DNA of 64,000 nucleotides from the human T2T-CHM13v2.0 reference genome, Homo sapiens, in NCBI RefSeq assembly GCF_009914755.1, contig NC_060938.1; one strand, written 5' to 3'. Shown in pieces: positions 13,441-28,300 of the stretch. The position numbers and the translations under genes are program-made. Every line of letters starts with the position of its first letter. The stretch's first letter is position 1. The notes below the pieces were generated by a model. It was not told the origin of the DNA. It ran no database searches and was given only the letters and a program-made list of their open reading frames with translations.

Positions 13441-16204
13441 AATTACTAGGCTAACCTATCTGTTATTCAGTTATAATGAGTTTATTAATATTTAACATCC
13501 ATTAGTTGATTTTTAAAGTAAAACATCTATTCTTCTATGAATGATTTCCTTAAGTAACATTGGATATATATGTATGCTATATTATTAGTCTCTTTCAATT
13601 AGTCAGATGCCCATTTCAAGACAGCTCATTAGATTTGCTTTATCCCAACATATAAACTTCACTCAGAAGAGAGAACTTTCAAATCCTTAAATCATCTAAG
13701 AAATCTCTCCAATTCTTTCATGTCAAGGTTAATAATTAAATGTTTAATATCTCTTTAAGCTATTAAGCTAACAATAAAAATGCAATATTTTAACCCAATT
13801 TACTTGATTAAGGAACAATCCCAGATGTGATTTAACATGAAGAATTGCAGTGATCTGCAGTTCATTAAAATCTGAATACTAAAAAGAGAATTTTAAACAT
13901 ATTATATAAAGAAGTTCGTTTACCTCTTTTCCATAAAGAAATATTATCTTCATTTTCCTTAAAGCATGTTGATTATCATTAGTTACTGGATATACCTAAC
14001 ATGAATTATTGCCTTTTTCCCTGCAGAGCTGTGTACTGGTAGTTATTAAATAGCCCATTATCAACTGAAATTCAGATGCAGGTTTTATTCTCCTTTTTTC
14101 TGACCATATTTTTCTGCTAGTGTTTATTTATTTACTTATTTTCATTAAAATGACCATGACCTTGGTGTTAAAATCAGTAATGTATACAGAAAATTCATTT
14201 GGAATGCAATAGTTATAATTCAGTTCTGAAAATTTATGTTTATCAAAGTATAAAATATTTTTGTTATAACTCTTTTAACTTTTCCTAAAGTGATGTGTGA
14301 GCATGATGTAATGTAGCAGAGGTCCAAATTTCCTTTAAGAATATTGCTTAGACCTCATATCATCTTCTAGCCTCACTATAAGCAAATTGAGAACTGCAAT
14401 CATTTGATGGTTTTAGGACTTAACAAGAAAAGAAAATATTAAAAATCAGATGTCCTACACTGAGAGTTTTATCTTCTAAAGAACTATTTCCTCTTTTATG
14501 TTAAGTACCTCCAAAGTATGATGTTGTTAACGTGAGCACATATGTGCACAAATCAGAGCTGCGCTACAGCGCTGAGGAACTACATGTGGATCCTGAGACC
14601 CAGTTTAGCTGAAAAAGTACATCTGTGAGCAAATTGCATTGAATTTTATTATTAAGCATCTGATGAAGTGGTTCACCTTTTGTTTTTAGGTCCACATTTG
14701 CTGAAATGTAACTCTTACCTCATGCACTGGGAGTGATGAACTTCACTAGGAATCATCGTTCTTTCTGGTAAGTCACCACAGCACAAAACTGCAACCATTG
14801 TTTAGTAACAACTAGACTCTGATAGATGCTGTGGAGAATTTGACTAGAAGTAGGAGGATCATTTACTACACGGCAAAAAAACAAATCAGTTTATCTTAGA
14901 AAGGTTAAAATTTACATGGATAATAAAGAAAGGAAGAAGAAGAGTGATAAATTAGTGAGAAAAGAACAGTAAGTGTAATTATAGCAATATGCTTAAATGA
15001 AAGAGAAAAATATGGCAGAAGCATTTATTGATTTGAGATTGTAATTTTTTTAAATAAAAAAGCTTAGTCTGGATTCCAACTTGTATATAAAATTAGGAGC
15101 AAAGGTATGATTAATATGTTCATGGAATATAATTATCAAGAAACCACAGACATTTGTGTATGGAGGACACAGAAAGGAGAGAACTTGCTAACAGGAATCC
15201 CATTAAAGAAGCTTCAGAATTTGAAGATCAGCAAAGAGAAGGAAGAGATGAGAATGAAAGGCTTTACGAAGGAATGAAATGACAGTCATTGCATTTATTG
15301 ATGTATCTGTATTTAAACATAAGTATATTTATTTATATTTGAACATAACTGAGTTTTCTAGCAAAATTAATAAGGATTATGCTACAGGCATACTCAGTTA
15401 CAATCTTAGAGGGATTCTGAGAACTCTTTGACAGGTTATTTACTTATAGTTTGTCAGTAGTTTCTAAACATTTTTGGATGCACATCTCTATAAGTAATAA
15501 TATTTGAGCAAGTAAACTTCAGTACTATATTTGTTTATTTATATGTACACAATTTTTCTAATATATAATGTAAAAATACCTACTAAAATTGATGAGATAA
15601 GATAAATGTAAACAGAATTTTTAATAAATTATTTCTACCACAGCAGATCATTTTTGTATGCATCCCAATCTGGAGACTACGCAGTTTGATTTGGCATTAC
15701 TATTGATTTGAAATAGAGTTTTGTTTATTTATTTCATTGTTACAAAGAATAGGAAATACAACATAGAGGCTCCCCTCCTAGAATCAAACTAAGTTTAGCA
15801 TATTATCAACAAATGCTTGCCTCTGAAAAAATACTAATCACTTCTTGTATTAATGAGACTTTATCCAATTTAATTTCATATATTGAATGAGGTTAGGCAT
15901 TCATTAGAACAAGTCATGACAGGCTAACATTTGTATTTATTAATAGTATGGTAGATATTGATCTTTTTTTCTTCTGAACAACAGGCATTCTATTTTCTAA
16001 CTATTCTTTCCTCATTTCATGTGATTTGGATGAGGCTATAAATCATAGGACCCTGCTCTTTCAGCTTAGTCTAATTTTGGCACAAAGTATGCATTTAATA
16101 ACTGATAACAATTATTACTACTACTGTAATTATTACTATTATTGTAGTTATAGGTGCTAATTGGGATTTGTAGAGAGTCCCATATTTGCTCTATGGAATA
16201 AACC

Positions 16205-16403
16205 AAAAGTTGATCAACTCTTTCTGTAAAGGGCCAGATAGTCTATGTTTTGGGCTTTGAGGACATTATGTTCTCTGCCATAACCACTTAACTCTGCCAT
16301 TGTAACATAAAAGTAACCAGACAGTACATCAACGAATGAATGTGGTTTTGTTCCAATAAAACTTTAGCTGTGAATATGGAGGTGGGTTTGATTTAATTTG
16401 AGG
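16205..16403 (+). mobile_element. MER58A-like hAT-Charlie MITE
   Basis: aactctttctgtaaagggccagatag...ttgttccaataaaacttt...gggccatagtttgcc. Confidence 0.8.
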
Positions 16404-16501
16404 GCCATAGTTTGCCAAACCCCAGAAAAAAGCATTCAAAATTTACTGAATGCCAATCTGTACAAACGCATAGCTAGTGTGTTAATACATAAATATGCAT
16501 A

Positions 16502-16850
16502 CAGTCATTCATTATATAATAATTTAGTTCAATAGTGGTCTGCATATACCATGGTGGTTCCATAAGGATGTAATATCATATTACTGCTGTACATTTTTTA
16601 TTTTGACATGTTTATATACATAAATACTTACCGTTGTGTTACAATTGCCTGCAGCATTTGGAACAATCACAAGCTATACAGGCTTAAAAGTGAAGAGCAA
16701 TAGGCTCTATACCACATAGCCTAGGCGTGTAGTAGGCTATATCATGCAGGTATACATAGAGCATAAGTATATTTTATGATGTTGACACAACAAATCACCT
16801 AAGGACTCATTTCTCAGAACATTTCCCTGTCATTAAGTGATGCATGACTA
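16502..16850 (+). mobile_element. Tigger3-like (TcMar) non-autonomous DNA transposon
   Basis: Degenerate terminal inverted repeats cagtcattcatt...gatgcatgact. Internal gagcaataggct...tagcctaggcgtgtagtaggctat. Confidence 0.8.
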
Positions 16851-16989
16851 CACATGTACCTGAAGCTATAAATAACTTTGAAGCATAAATAGTTGGTTGC
16901 TTTCTGGTATTTAAAATCAAGCCTACTTTTTAGGCTAAGCGATAGAAGAATAAGAAAATGCTGATTTCTTTCAATGTTTCTTTTGCTTT

Positions 16990-17328
16990 CATTATGAACT
17001 GAATGCTTGTATGCCCCCAACATTTATATGTTAAAGCCTGATTCCCAATGTGATGTCATTTGGAGGTAGATCCTTTACAGGTAATTAGGTCATGAGAGTG
17101 GAGCACTCATTAGTGGTATTAGTGCCCTTATAAGAAGACACAGGATAGAGTGTGCTTCCTCTTTATCTTTTTCCACCATGTGAGGAAGCCATGGAAGAAG
17201 GTGATCATCAGAACCTAACCAGGCTGACACCCTGCTTTCAGACTTTCAGCCTCCAGAACTGTAAGAAATACATTTCTGTTGTTTAAGCCACCCAGTAATG
17301 TGTTATAGCAGCCTGAACCAACTAAGTC
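16990..17328 (+). mobile_element. MaLR solo LTR (MLT1A/MSTD-like)
   Basis: gaactgaatgcttgtatgccccc...cagcctccagaactgtaagaaatacatttctgttgtttaagccaccc. Confidence 0.85.
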
Positions 17329-18564
17329 AGCTTTCATTATTTGTTTCTTTATGATTTGCTGATCTTGTTTTGTGCTTCACAAAGATCCATATAAAACGTC
17401 GATCCCCCAAGTAGTTCACTTGCAGTTGGTCAATTTCCTGCAGCAGAGCTAATCAACTCATTGCAGACTCTCCTTGCCCTTCTATTCTAGTTGGTCTAAG
17501 TTTGATCTGTAAAGTATAGTTTCTATGTCAACTTTAATTTTGCTATGCACTTTTTCCATGTCTTTAAAACTACATAAATACATGTAATATTTAAACACTG
17601 TGGTTTATTTTAATCTATGAAAAACCTATTATTCTGTTCCATTTTTCAAAATACATTTCTCAATTACAATGATGCTATAAGTTTTATAAACTCCCTTTTA
17701 TTAGGCAAGGAAAAAATGCCCCTCTTCTAGATAGAGGGCCTCCAAGTTAATTCATCAGCAGTAAACATTTTTTTTCCTACGGTTAAATTGATGTATTCAC
17801 TGTTCTGTCCTTTCTTACTTCTCAACATTAACCCTCCAACAACCTGGATTTTCCTGTGGTCTCTGAAGAATTTTCTGCTAAATAATGTGTCCATCACTAC
17901 TTTTGACTTATAATTTCTATTTTAATAAAAAATTAAAAGATTGATTTTTTAAAATTAAAATATTTTATTTTTAATAAACATTAAAAGACTGTTACCGTTA
18001 AAATACATTGATTCTATATATATTTTTTCTCTATCCTTCCTTTGAATGACGCTCAAGGCATTTCTTCCATTATGCCTACAGACGTGTGTTATAACACATT
18101 CTTTGCCAATCCTTGAAATAAATGCTTAGCAAAATAATCTTTTAGTTGTATCAGGAGGAAAAGCTATTTGCTTTCTGTCATCACAGACCAATCACAGGTC
18201 CTATTTCAACTTCATTTATTAATATTGAGTCAGGTATGCTGCTCAGATTCCTTTGTATATGCAAAACTGTCTCCACAAATTGGTGTTTAATGTCTACAAG
18301 AAAAAAAAAGAGTGGCTATATTTGTAGCAAAAGGTAAACTCATTGATTTTCATCTCCAGAAGCAATACAAGGATCATTTATTTCCTTGAGAGATAATTTC
18401 TTATATGTATAGTAATCAAGGATAGCAACACAAATGAAAATGTAATTATGAGTACTGCATACCATATTGGTTTTTTTCTTCCATTTCTTCTGTTTTTGTT
18501 AATTGTCAAAGCCAAGAGTATGTCAAGCTGAGAAAATGTCATTAATGAGGATATAGATTAAATG

Positions 18565-18850
18565 GTCTGTGGGTAATTAATGATGACTGCAATGTCTTTC
18601 TCACTTTCTGCATAAAAGATGGGGTTTATTGCTTCTCTCTTTGAACCTGGGTTAGCTCTGTGACTGCTTCATCAGTAAAATGTGGTAGAAATGACATGGT
18701 GACAGCTGAAAGTTTATATTTTAAGCAGATTCTGCTCCCATTTCCTATTGCTTGGAGTGCTTGCTCTGGGGAAAACTAGATGCCCTGTAAGATGTGTGAA
18801 TATTCAGAACTCGACACGCTATGAGGACTCCAAGCTGGCCATGTTGCAAC
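18565..18850 (+). mobile_element. Old MLT1 LTR fragment
   Basis: ctttgaacctgggttagctctgtgactgct...gaaatgacat is an MLT1-type motif. Confidence 0.5.
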
Positions 18851-21689
18851 ATCATTTAAACACTATGCATATTGAATTCAGTAGTTTCTTCACACAGATG
18901 CTATGTTTAAAAAAAACAAATGTAGTTTAACAATTTATTTATTTGTTTTTGTTAATTCTTACAGCAAACATTTGTAGAATATAGTTAAGGATACAGAGAT
19001 AAAAGATAACATTTTTATCCACAAGGAATGCTTATGGTATTCTGTGAGACAGAAAAGTAAACACACAAAATTTAAAAAGTATTATAGGTAATAAGGCAAA
19101 AAAAGGTACAATGTACAAGTTTGGATGCTAAGAAAGAAATACTACTTCTATCCGGAGGCATGGTATCTAGTACGCTCTTTGTGTATAATAACAATATATT
19201 ATTATATGTTTTATATGCATTTTTATTAATAATGGTAATGGCAACTCTCCATTATTGAGCACAAATCATGTGCCAAGCATTATGCAAGTGAGCTACTATT
19301 CTGCTTCTACCTGAGAAAGGAGCAAGAAATTAGAAATAACATGTTTCTAAAAATTTCCAATCCAAATTGATCATCTCAAAATAGTATGGCACTTAGGTCA
19401 ATCAATTTCTTGGGAAAAGAAGCTAACTAGATTATAAAATGGGATCCCTCCTCAAAAGGCAGCTCATTCATGATAACTCTCTAAATGGTTGTATGAAAAG
19501 ATAAAAATAATTAAGTTTCATCCTGGACCTTTTGATGCTAACATTAAAAGGACAGCATTGTCTTCTCACAAAAATCCCTTATTTTTCTTCTTACCAATAG
19601 AAATCCATGATGAGTGAGCTTGTCTCATTATGGCAATTCCTATAATAACAGATAACAACTAGTAACAAATGTCTCTGAGTCAAATCTCTCTTCTGACCAG
19701 CCATACTGAATAATTTGTCATTTCAATTTAAGTGTTTGTGTGATGATGAGAATACTGAAAATGTGACTTTTAAAGCACTTGATGATACTTTGAATGCTTT
19801 AGTTTTTGTAGTTTTGGTCCAAATTTGTTTGCTTTATTTCCTCATAGGTAATGAAAATATAAATCCTTAGCCTAACACTTTTGCAAATTATTTCAAAATG
19901 AGAATAAATGAAGTCTAAATTCATTGTGTCTTACTCAAATTGTTTTTACTCATATGGTTGAGTTTCAAATTCACCAGCTGCACAACCTCATGCCAGTCAT
20001 TTGTTTCCCTCAACATATGCCTGTGAAGATCAAAGGTTATAGTTCTTGCTTGTGGTTTTCAAAGTCAGTTTTGCTGAGAAAACTGATCTCTAAATCAATG
20101 CTTAGTCAGAAGCCAAATACGTAAAGCACATAACCTCAGGGTTACTTGAAGGATCTCTAATCAGTGGAGATAGGATATGATGAAATTGGACATGAATGTG
20201 TTAGATAGCATATTAGTTGTGGATGTTACACAAAGAAGCACTCTCCTCAAATAAGTTTGAGACACTCAGTGATAAGGAAGTTACACAGTTTCTTTATTGT
20301 AGTACTTCTCCGAGACCTAGTTATGCTGATGTGAATTGTTATTCTGTGGTGAAGGGTAGTATTTCTCAAAGTTAGGCAACAAATCATTGAACTTTAAGAA
20401 AGACAGAAGTGTATTTTATGTACTATTTTATCTTCAATGCTTCCCATAATATCGACACATAAGTGATATCAATAAACAACATTTGATTGAATTTAAATAA
20501 TCCATGAGATTTGGTTTCTGTGCCAGTCACTACTGAGTAGCTTTTTGTTTTGAAGAACATAGTCTTTTCTCTCTGTTATTATTTTTGTAATGTGAGAGAT
20601 GTCTACAAACACAAGAACCAACTGAGCACAAAACAAATAAACAAAAACTCTGAATCTATAACTAATTGAACCACTGAAATTTTTCATCTAAACTTTCCTT
20701 ACATTCTGACATCCAGAAAAGAATTTCTGCTCAAATGGGCAAGTCATAAAGACAAATACTTTTAACTGTCTTGGTGTTTCACCCCATTTGTTTTATTATC
20801 TCTTACTTCTTTTTATGTAAGTTATATTTTGTAGACATTTGTCCACTATTAATGGACTTCTTTCTAGAGGTGGCATTATGTTGAATTTAGTTTTTTAAGG
20901 TCATTGCAAGTAAATGAAAAATTTCTGTCTATTATGGTCATTATTATTGAAAATAGATGTGGGAAAATATTCTGTTTATCATTACTGAGAAGATATGTAC
21001 CAGGTACTATTCTAAATTTAGTACATTTTTCAAAATATCTAACTTTATTTAATTTTCCTAAAATTGCATGAGATGGATATTACCGTCTTCATTTTCTCAA
21101 CGAGAAAGAACTTGAGGATCTGAAACATTGAGGAATTTTTCTAAGAACAAATAGCTGTGAAATTACAGAGTTGAGGTGAGGACTCAATTTTACCCTGACT
21201 CCAAATCATATACTCTTAAATAATAAATAATAGAAATTTGAAATACAAAAATCAAAGTTTCTCTCTCCTTCTGGTTTCATCATTTTATTCTGAGACATCA
21301 AGGGAAAGAAGAAAATATCTTCTATATTAAAACCCCTCACCTCAACATGAATTTGTACACTATTCCAGTTTTATTCCCAAAGTGATTGATGAGTTCAAAC
21401 AGACAGAGGTGAGGGATTGGAATATTAATATCAAAGATCTCACATGATTTTCTCTCTCCTATGACAGTATTGAATGAGCTTAAACTAATGTTAGCATCAA
21501 GATCTTCAGAACATCATTCATCGTGGGGAAAAGGGAGTCAATACTAACATCAGGATCTTCCCTCTTACTTAAAGCTTTAATTCACTTCTATGTTCCACTT
21601 ATATAACCCCAAACAGCCAACACATTTCATTTTATAATATTGCCTATGAATTTTACATATTTATTTTGTGTTATTTCATTAGTCACTGC

Positions 21690-23635
21690 ATGCATGCCTC
21701 TGTCCATTCAACAAATGTTTATTGAGGAACTATTACATGTCAGCACTGTTGTAGGCTCTGGGATGCATCAGAGAACAAAACAAACAACAATCCCTGATGT
21801 AACGGAGCTTGCATTTTAATGAGGAAAATAGACTATAAATAAAATAAATAAGTTAAATCAATAGCATATGAGAATATTATAAGTGGGGGGAAATCACTCA
21901 GAGAAGGCAGAGAAGGAGTTTTAGGAAATAGGGGTGAATTTTAAATTGAGCATTCAGAAAAAGACTCACTGAAAAGATGAAATTTGAGCAAATGCATGAA
22001 AGAGATGCAGAAATGAGCCAGCTGGATATCTGAAGGAAAAGCATGCTAGGCAGAGGGAACAGCAAGGTGGCACATATGCTAAACTATACAGTGAGGAACA
22101 GAGTACTAGAGAGATGAATTCACAGAGCAAATAGGGGAGCAGGGTGTGTGTGTTCAAAACTGCAGACCAGGGGTTAGTAAACTTGCCTTCTAAGGGGCCA
22201 GATTATAAACAGGTTCAGCTTTGCAGGCCACATTATCTCTGTCACAACTACTCAACTTTGGCATTATAATACAAAAGCCATCATTGTATGTAAACAAATA
22301 CATGTGACTGTTCTAATCCAACTTGATTTAAAAAGCAAGCAGTGGTCAAATTTGCTACAATTTCCCATTGCAGACCATTGAGAAAATTTTGGCTTTTGCT
22401 TTAATTGAGATGAAGTGTAGGGTAGTTTTAAAAAACTGTGGCATATTCTTTAGATTTCTTCCCATTGAGAGGTGTCTCTACATCTTGACTTCATTTTGGC
22501 TGGACTTATGACTTCTTCTACACATGTACTATGGTAGAAATGATGCTATGCGACCTCTAAGGCTAGTTAATAAAAAAGCATACAACTTCCACCGTTTTCT
22601 TTGTATCCTCCCTCTAGAGAAAACCAACTACCATGTAAGTAATATGGCTACCTTGAGGCCACTGAATTGGAGAAACCACATTGAAAAATCTCACAAGTAG
22701 GACAGGAGATGCCAGATAAATCCCAACTGTTCCAGCCTTCACGTAGTTGTGTCATGAAAACCTGTGATTGTGGAAGGCATAAAGATGACCTCAGCCTCAA
22801 CCTCCATCTGACTACAATCACATGACAGATCCCAAACCAAAACAACCCAGCTGAGTCTAGTTGGTTCCCAGGACCTTGAGCGGAGTGATACATATTTTTT
22901 TAAGCCAGTCTGTTTTGGAATTGTGTCTTACACATATCCAGGTTACAGAAATCAGCACTCTTTAAAGTATTTTGAGAAAAGGAATTATGCAGCATTAATC
23001 TTGTGTTTTAACAGGATTTCTCTGGCTTTGTGGGTGGCAAAAAGGAATCAGGGAGACTATTTTAATAATCCAGACAAAAGAGTTTAGTGGGTTGGACCAG
23101 AATCATAGCAGGGAGGACCAAGAAAAAGGGTAGGATTTTGTTTAACTGTATTTTGAAGGTACAGGTAACTGCTTTACCTGATAAACTAGATGTAGAATAC
23201 AAGACAAAGGGTTGAATGACGATGTCTCCAAGAGTTTTTAGCATGTGGAAGAATGTAGCTGTCATTTACTGAGTTGGAAAAATATGAGAGATGCTGATTT
23301 GAAGGTGAAAAATCAGGACCTGAGTTTTGGACTTGTTATTTTCTACATGGTTATTCAACATCCAAATGGAGAAAGCAAAGGGGTAAATATGTATGAGTGT
23401 AGCTTTTCTAGCAGAGGTCTTATCTGGAGATATATGTGGATGCTGCCAGCCTCTAGAAAATACTGAGTTACTAAAGCACAAACGGGGAAGAGAAATACCA
23501 AGAGCTTGAGGCACTTACATTTTAAGAGGGCAGGGAGATAAGGTAGGATTATCAAGAGTGTTCAAGAGAAAAGCGCCAGAGAGGTAGGAGAAAAGTTAAG
23601 AGAAAGTGATGTCCAAGGAAGCCAAGTGGAAACAG
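21690..23635 (-). mobile_element. L2 element interrupted by MER58-like (22168-22372) and MLT1-like (~22430-22950) insertions
   Basis: cattcaacaaatgtttattgag marks the L2 3' end, followed by a purine-rich L2 body. Inserts recognised by caggggttagtaaact...gggccaga and MLT1 motifs. Confidence 0.75.
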
Positions 23636-23896
23636 TACTGATGCATGAACCAAGGCAGGCATTTACTATGAAACTGAGCATCCAGAAAACAGGGTGAATA
23701 TTTAATACCTGTTTTGTCTTCATTTATGAAATCGTGACAAACAGCATTCATATCTTGAGTCCATTCTATATGCAAGTACAAGTAAAACCTTAGCAAGTAT
23801 TCTCAATTACAAGTGCAATTTTAGATATTGATGGAGGATGGGCAAGAATTTGGAACAATTTTCTAGGGATGATATAAAATTGTAATAAATAAAAAG

Positions 23897-24266
23897 TGTT
23901 ACTTTTTGGCTGTGTCCCCACCCAAACCTCCTCTTGAATTGTAATACCGGTAATCCTCACGTGTGGATGGAGGAATCTGATGGGAGACGATTGGATCGTA
24001 GAGGTGGTTTCCCCTATGCTGTTCTCGTGATAGTGAGTGAATTATCATGAGATCTGATGGCTTTATAAGGCAGTTTTCCCTGCTTTTGCTCATGTTCCCT
24101 CACCTGCCACCATGTAAGATGTGCTTGCTTTCTCCTTCTGCCATGATTGTAAGTTTCCTGAGGCCTCCCCAGCCATGTGGAACTGTGAGTCAATTAAACC
24201 TCTTTTCTTTGTAAATTATCCAGTCTTGGGTAGTATCGTTTAGCAGTGTGAGAATGGACTAAAACA
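23897..24266 (+). mobile_element. THE1-type MaLR solo LTR
   Basis: tttggctgtgtccccacccaaa...gaggcctccccagccatgtggaactgtgagtcaattaaacctc...ggactaaaaca. Near-TSD aaaag/agaag. Confidence 0.92.
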
Positions 24267-25379
24267 AGAAGAAAGATTGAGACAACGTGCTTTGGCCTCT
24301 TCTCTGTTTGTTGAACATCCTGGGGAATCCATCACCATAATATCTCTTCTGTTTTAACTGAAGACTTTTGTGCAGGACACTGAATTCACACCAATCTTTA
24401 TGTTCATATTGACAACTCAGTGATTAATAGGGATACCCTATTTGTTTCATATGCTACATGGTCACAGATTTAGATATGTAAGCTGCAGAAATGAATTGGT
24501 TCAACCTTTCTGTAAACTGGGGCTTTATACAAGGAACAATTAAAATTTCTTTAGTTGGCTTTTCTCTGCACTATTTCCCCATTTGTCTATCTAAATCTAA
24601 ACACAGATGCCATAGTCCTGTTATTTTACCCTTAACTGTGGTGATGCAAAATATAATGCAAAAGCTCAAAAACGATGCACAATAATAGACACGTGCAACT
24701 AGCTTTGTAAATAAAAGTTTGCAGTGAGGTCCCCAAAGACTGGAAACTAAATGTTTCCTTTTCAAATTAACAGCTAATATGTCTCACGGTTAGAATGTAA
24801 AACTTGCTTCATTACTCATTTAACGACCTGGGGAATTAAAACCATCCTTTCCTCTTCCAATATTTGAAAGATAATTTTAAATTTTAAATTTCATGTTTTT
24901 CTCATTATTAAGGATTGATAATGGACCCAATGCATGGGAAAACTAATCTAACAAAAAATACAGTGGAGGTGTCAAGGCAGTGTGTATTAATGGATGACAC
25001 TTAAATGAGCTGCTAACAGGGCTCAGAAAGAACCTGACAGGCACCATGATTGATCTATTATTGGCCTAGGTGACATTATTGGATTTCAGAAATTTGAATT
25101 AAAAATTTCATCTAAAGAAAAAGAATAGGTTTGAATTCAGGCGGTTAATTTAGTATAGTCATTATTTTAAAAAACTTGCTGAAGTGAGGCAGTGTCTACA
25201 CAGTCAAGTAGGCTTTGGTAAATATTTTAAATATTGTGATTTTTACCTGCAATATATTTGTATACTGCAATGCCTTTGTACACCGCAGTTATATTTTAAA
25301 TATACCATTTTAAGTTATTTTCGTTTGTGTGAATAATGTTGAATAGCTGATTTCGTAGTTAACCTGACCAGAGGCTTTT

Positions 25380-28300
25380 TTTTAATTGATCTTTTCAAAA
25401 AATCATCTTCTGGTTTTGTTGATTTCTCTATTGATTTCCCATTTTTATTTCATTTATTTCTACTCTAATTTTAATTTATTTTCCTATGCTTACTTTGGAT
25501 TTAATTTGCTTTTGTTCTACTTTTCTAAGGTGATTAATTTTTTTTAAATTTAATAAGTTTTTGGGAAACAGGTGGTGTTTGGCTACATGAATAAATTCTT
25601 TATTTGCGATTTCTGAGATTTTGGTGAACCGATCACCCAAGCAGCGTACACTGTACCCAATATCTATGTAGTGTTTTATCCCTCAACCTCCTCCCACCCT
25701 TTCCCCCAAAATCCCCAAAGTCTATTATATCATTCTTATGCCTTTGCATCATCATAGCTTAGCTCCCACTTATGAGTAAGAACATATGATGTTTGGTTTT
25801 CCATTCCTGAGTTGCTTCACTTAGAATAATGGTATCCAATTCCAAGGTTGCTCAAATGTCATTATTTTGTTCCTTTGTATGGCTGAGTAGTATTTCATTT
25901 TATATATATATATATATATTATATATATATATATATTTTATATATATACACACATATATCTATATCACATTTTCTTTATCCACTGTTGATTGATGGCATT
26001 TGGGCTGGTTCCATATGTTTGCAATTGTGAATTGTGCTGCTATAAACATGTGTGTACAAGTATCTTTTTTGAATAATGACTTATTTACCTATGGGTAGTT
26101 ACCCAGGAGTAGGATTGCTGAATCAAATGATAGATCTACTTTCAATTCTTTAAGGAATCTCCACACAGTTTCCCACAGTGGTTGTACTAGTTTACATCCC
26201 CACTAACAGTGTAAAAGTGTTCCCTTTTCATCAGATCCATGCCAATATCTATTTTTTTGATTTTTTGATAACGACAATTCTTGCAGAAGTGAGGTGGTAT
26301 CGCATTGTGATTCTGATTTGCATTTCCCTGATAATCGGTGATGTTGAGCATTTTTCATGTGTTTGTTGACCATTTGTATATCTTCTTTTGAGAATTATCT
26401 ATTCATGTCCTTAGCCCACTTTTTGATGCAGTCGTTTGGTTTTTTTCTTGCTGATTTGCTTGAGTGCCTTGTAGATTCTGAATATTAGTCCTTTGACTGT
26501 TGCACAGGTTGTGAATATTTTCTCCCACTCTGTGGGTTGCCTGTTTACTCTGCTGATCATTTCTTCTGCTGTGCAGAAGCTTTTTAGTTTAATCAATTCC
26601 CATCTATTCATCTTTGTTTTTGTTGTGTTTGCTTTTGGGTTCTTGGTCATGAAGTGTTTTCTTAAGTCAATGTCTAGAAGGGTTTTTCCAATGTTATCTT
26701 CTAGAATTTTTATGGTTTCAAGTCTTAGATTTAAATCTTTGATCCATCTTAATTTGATTTTTTTATAAGGTGAGAGGTGAGGATTCAGTTTCATTCTTCT
26801 GCATGTGGCTTGCCAATTATCCCGGCAACCATTTGTTGAATAGGGTTCCTTTCCCTATTTTATGTTTTTGTTTGCTTTGTCAAAGATCAGTTGACTGTAA
26901 GTATTTGGGTTTATTTCTGGGTTCTCTGTTCTGTTCCATTGGTCTATATGCCTGTTTTTATACCAGTACCATGCCATTTTGGTGACTATGGCCTGATAGT
27001 ATAGTTTGAAATTAGGTAATGTAATGTCTCCAGATTTGTTCTTTTTCCTTAGTCTTGCTTTGGCCCTGTGGGCTTTTTTTGGTTCCATATGAATTTTAGG
27101 ATTGTTTTTTCTAATTCTGTGAAGAATGATGGTGGTATTTTGATGGGAATTGCATTAAATTTGTGGATTGCTTTTGGCAGTATGGTCATTTTCACAATAT
27201 TGATTCTACCCATCCATGAGCGTGGTATGTATTTCCATTTGTTTGTGTTGTCTATGATTTCTGTCAGCAGTGTTTTGCAGTTTTCCTTATAGAGGTCTAT
27301 CACCTTCTTGGTTAAGTATATTACTAAATTTTTTTGTTGTTATATTTTTGTGGCATTTTGCAGCTATTGTTAAAGGGGTTGAGTTCTTGATTTGATTCTC
27401 AGCTTGGTTGCTGTTGGTGTATATCAGCGCTACTGATTTGCATACATTAATTTTGTATCCTGAAACTTTACTGAATTCATTTACCAGTTTTAGAAGCATT
27501 TTGGATGAGTCTTTAAGGTTTTCTAGGTATAAGATCATATCATCAGCAAACAAGAACACTTTGACTTCCTTTTTACTGATTTGGATGCCCTTTATTTTTC
27601 TTTTGTCTGATTGCTCTGGCTAGGACTTCCAGTACTATGCTGAATACAAGTGGTGAAAGTGGGCATCTTTGTCTTATTCCAGTTCTCACGGGGAATGCTT
27701 TCAACTTTTCCCCATTAAGTATAATGTTGGCTGTGAGTTTGTTATAGATAAGGTGATTAATTTTAAATATTTCTTTTCTAATACATGTATTCAACGCTAT
27801 AAATTTCTCTCTAAGCACTGCTTTCGACACATCCCACAAACTTTGTAAGTTGTATTTTCATTTTCATTTAGTTCAAAATACTTATTTTGTTGTTGTGAAG
27901 ATTTCTTCTTTCATCCACGTGTTCTTTAATAGTGTGTTCTTTAATCATAAGACACTCAGTAGATGTCAATTATATCCAGTTAATTGACGGTGCTGTGTTT
28001 ACTCTTTTTTCTGTCTGCTTGATATGTCCATTTTTGATAGAGGGGTGTTGAAGTCACCAACTATGATAGTGGACTCATGTTTTTCTCCTTGCAGTTCTAT
28101 TAGATGTTGCCTCATGTTTTTTGATGCTCCATTGTTAGGCATCTATACATTAAGGATTGTCATGTCTTTATAAGGAACTGACCCCTTTATCATTATGTAA
28201 TACCCATCTTTAGCCCTGATAACTTTCTTTGCTCTGAAGTCTAGTCTGTTTAAAGTTAATATAGCTGTTCCCATTTTAAAAATTAGCATCAGCATAGTAT

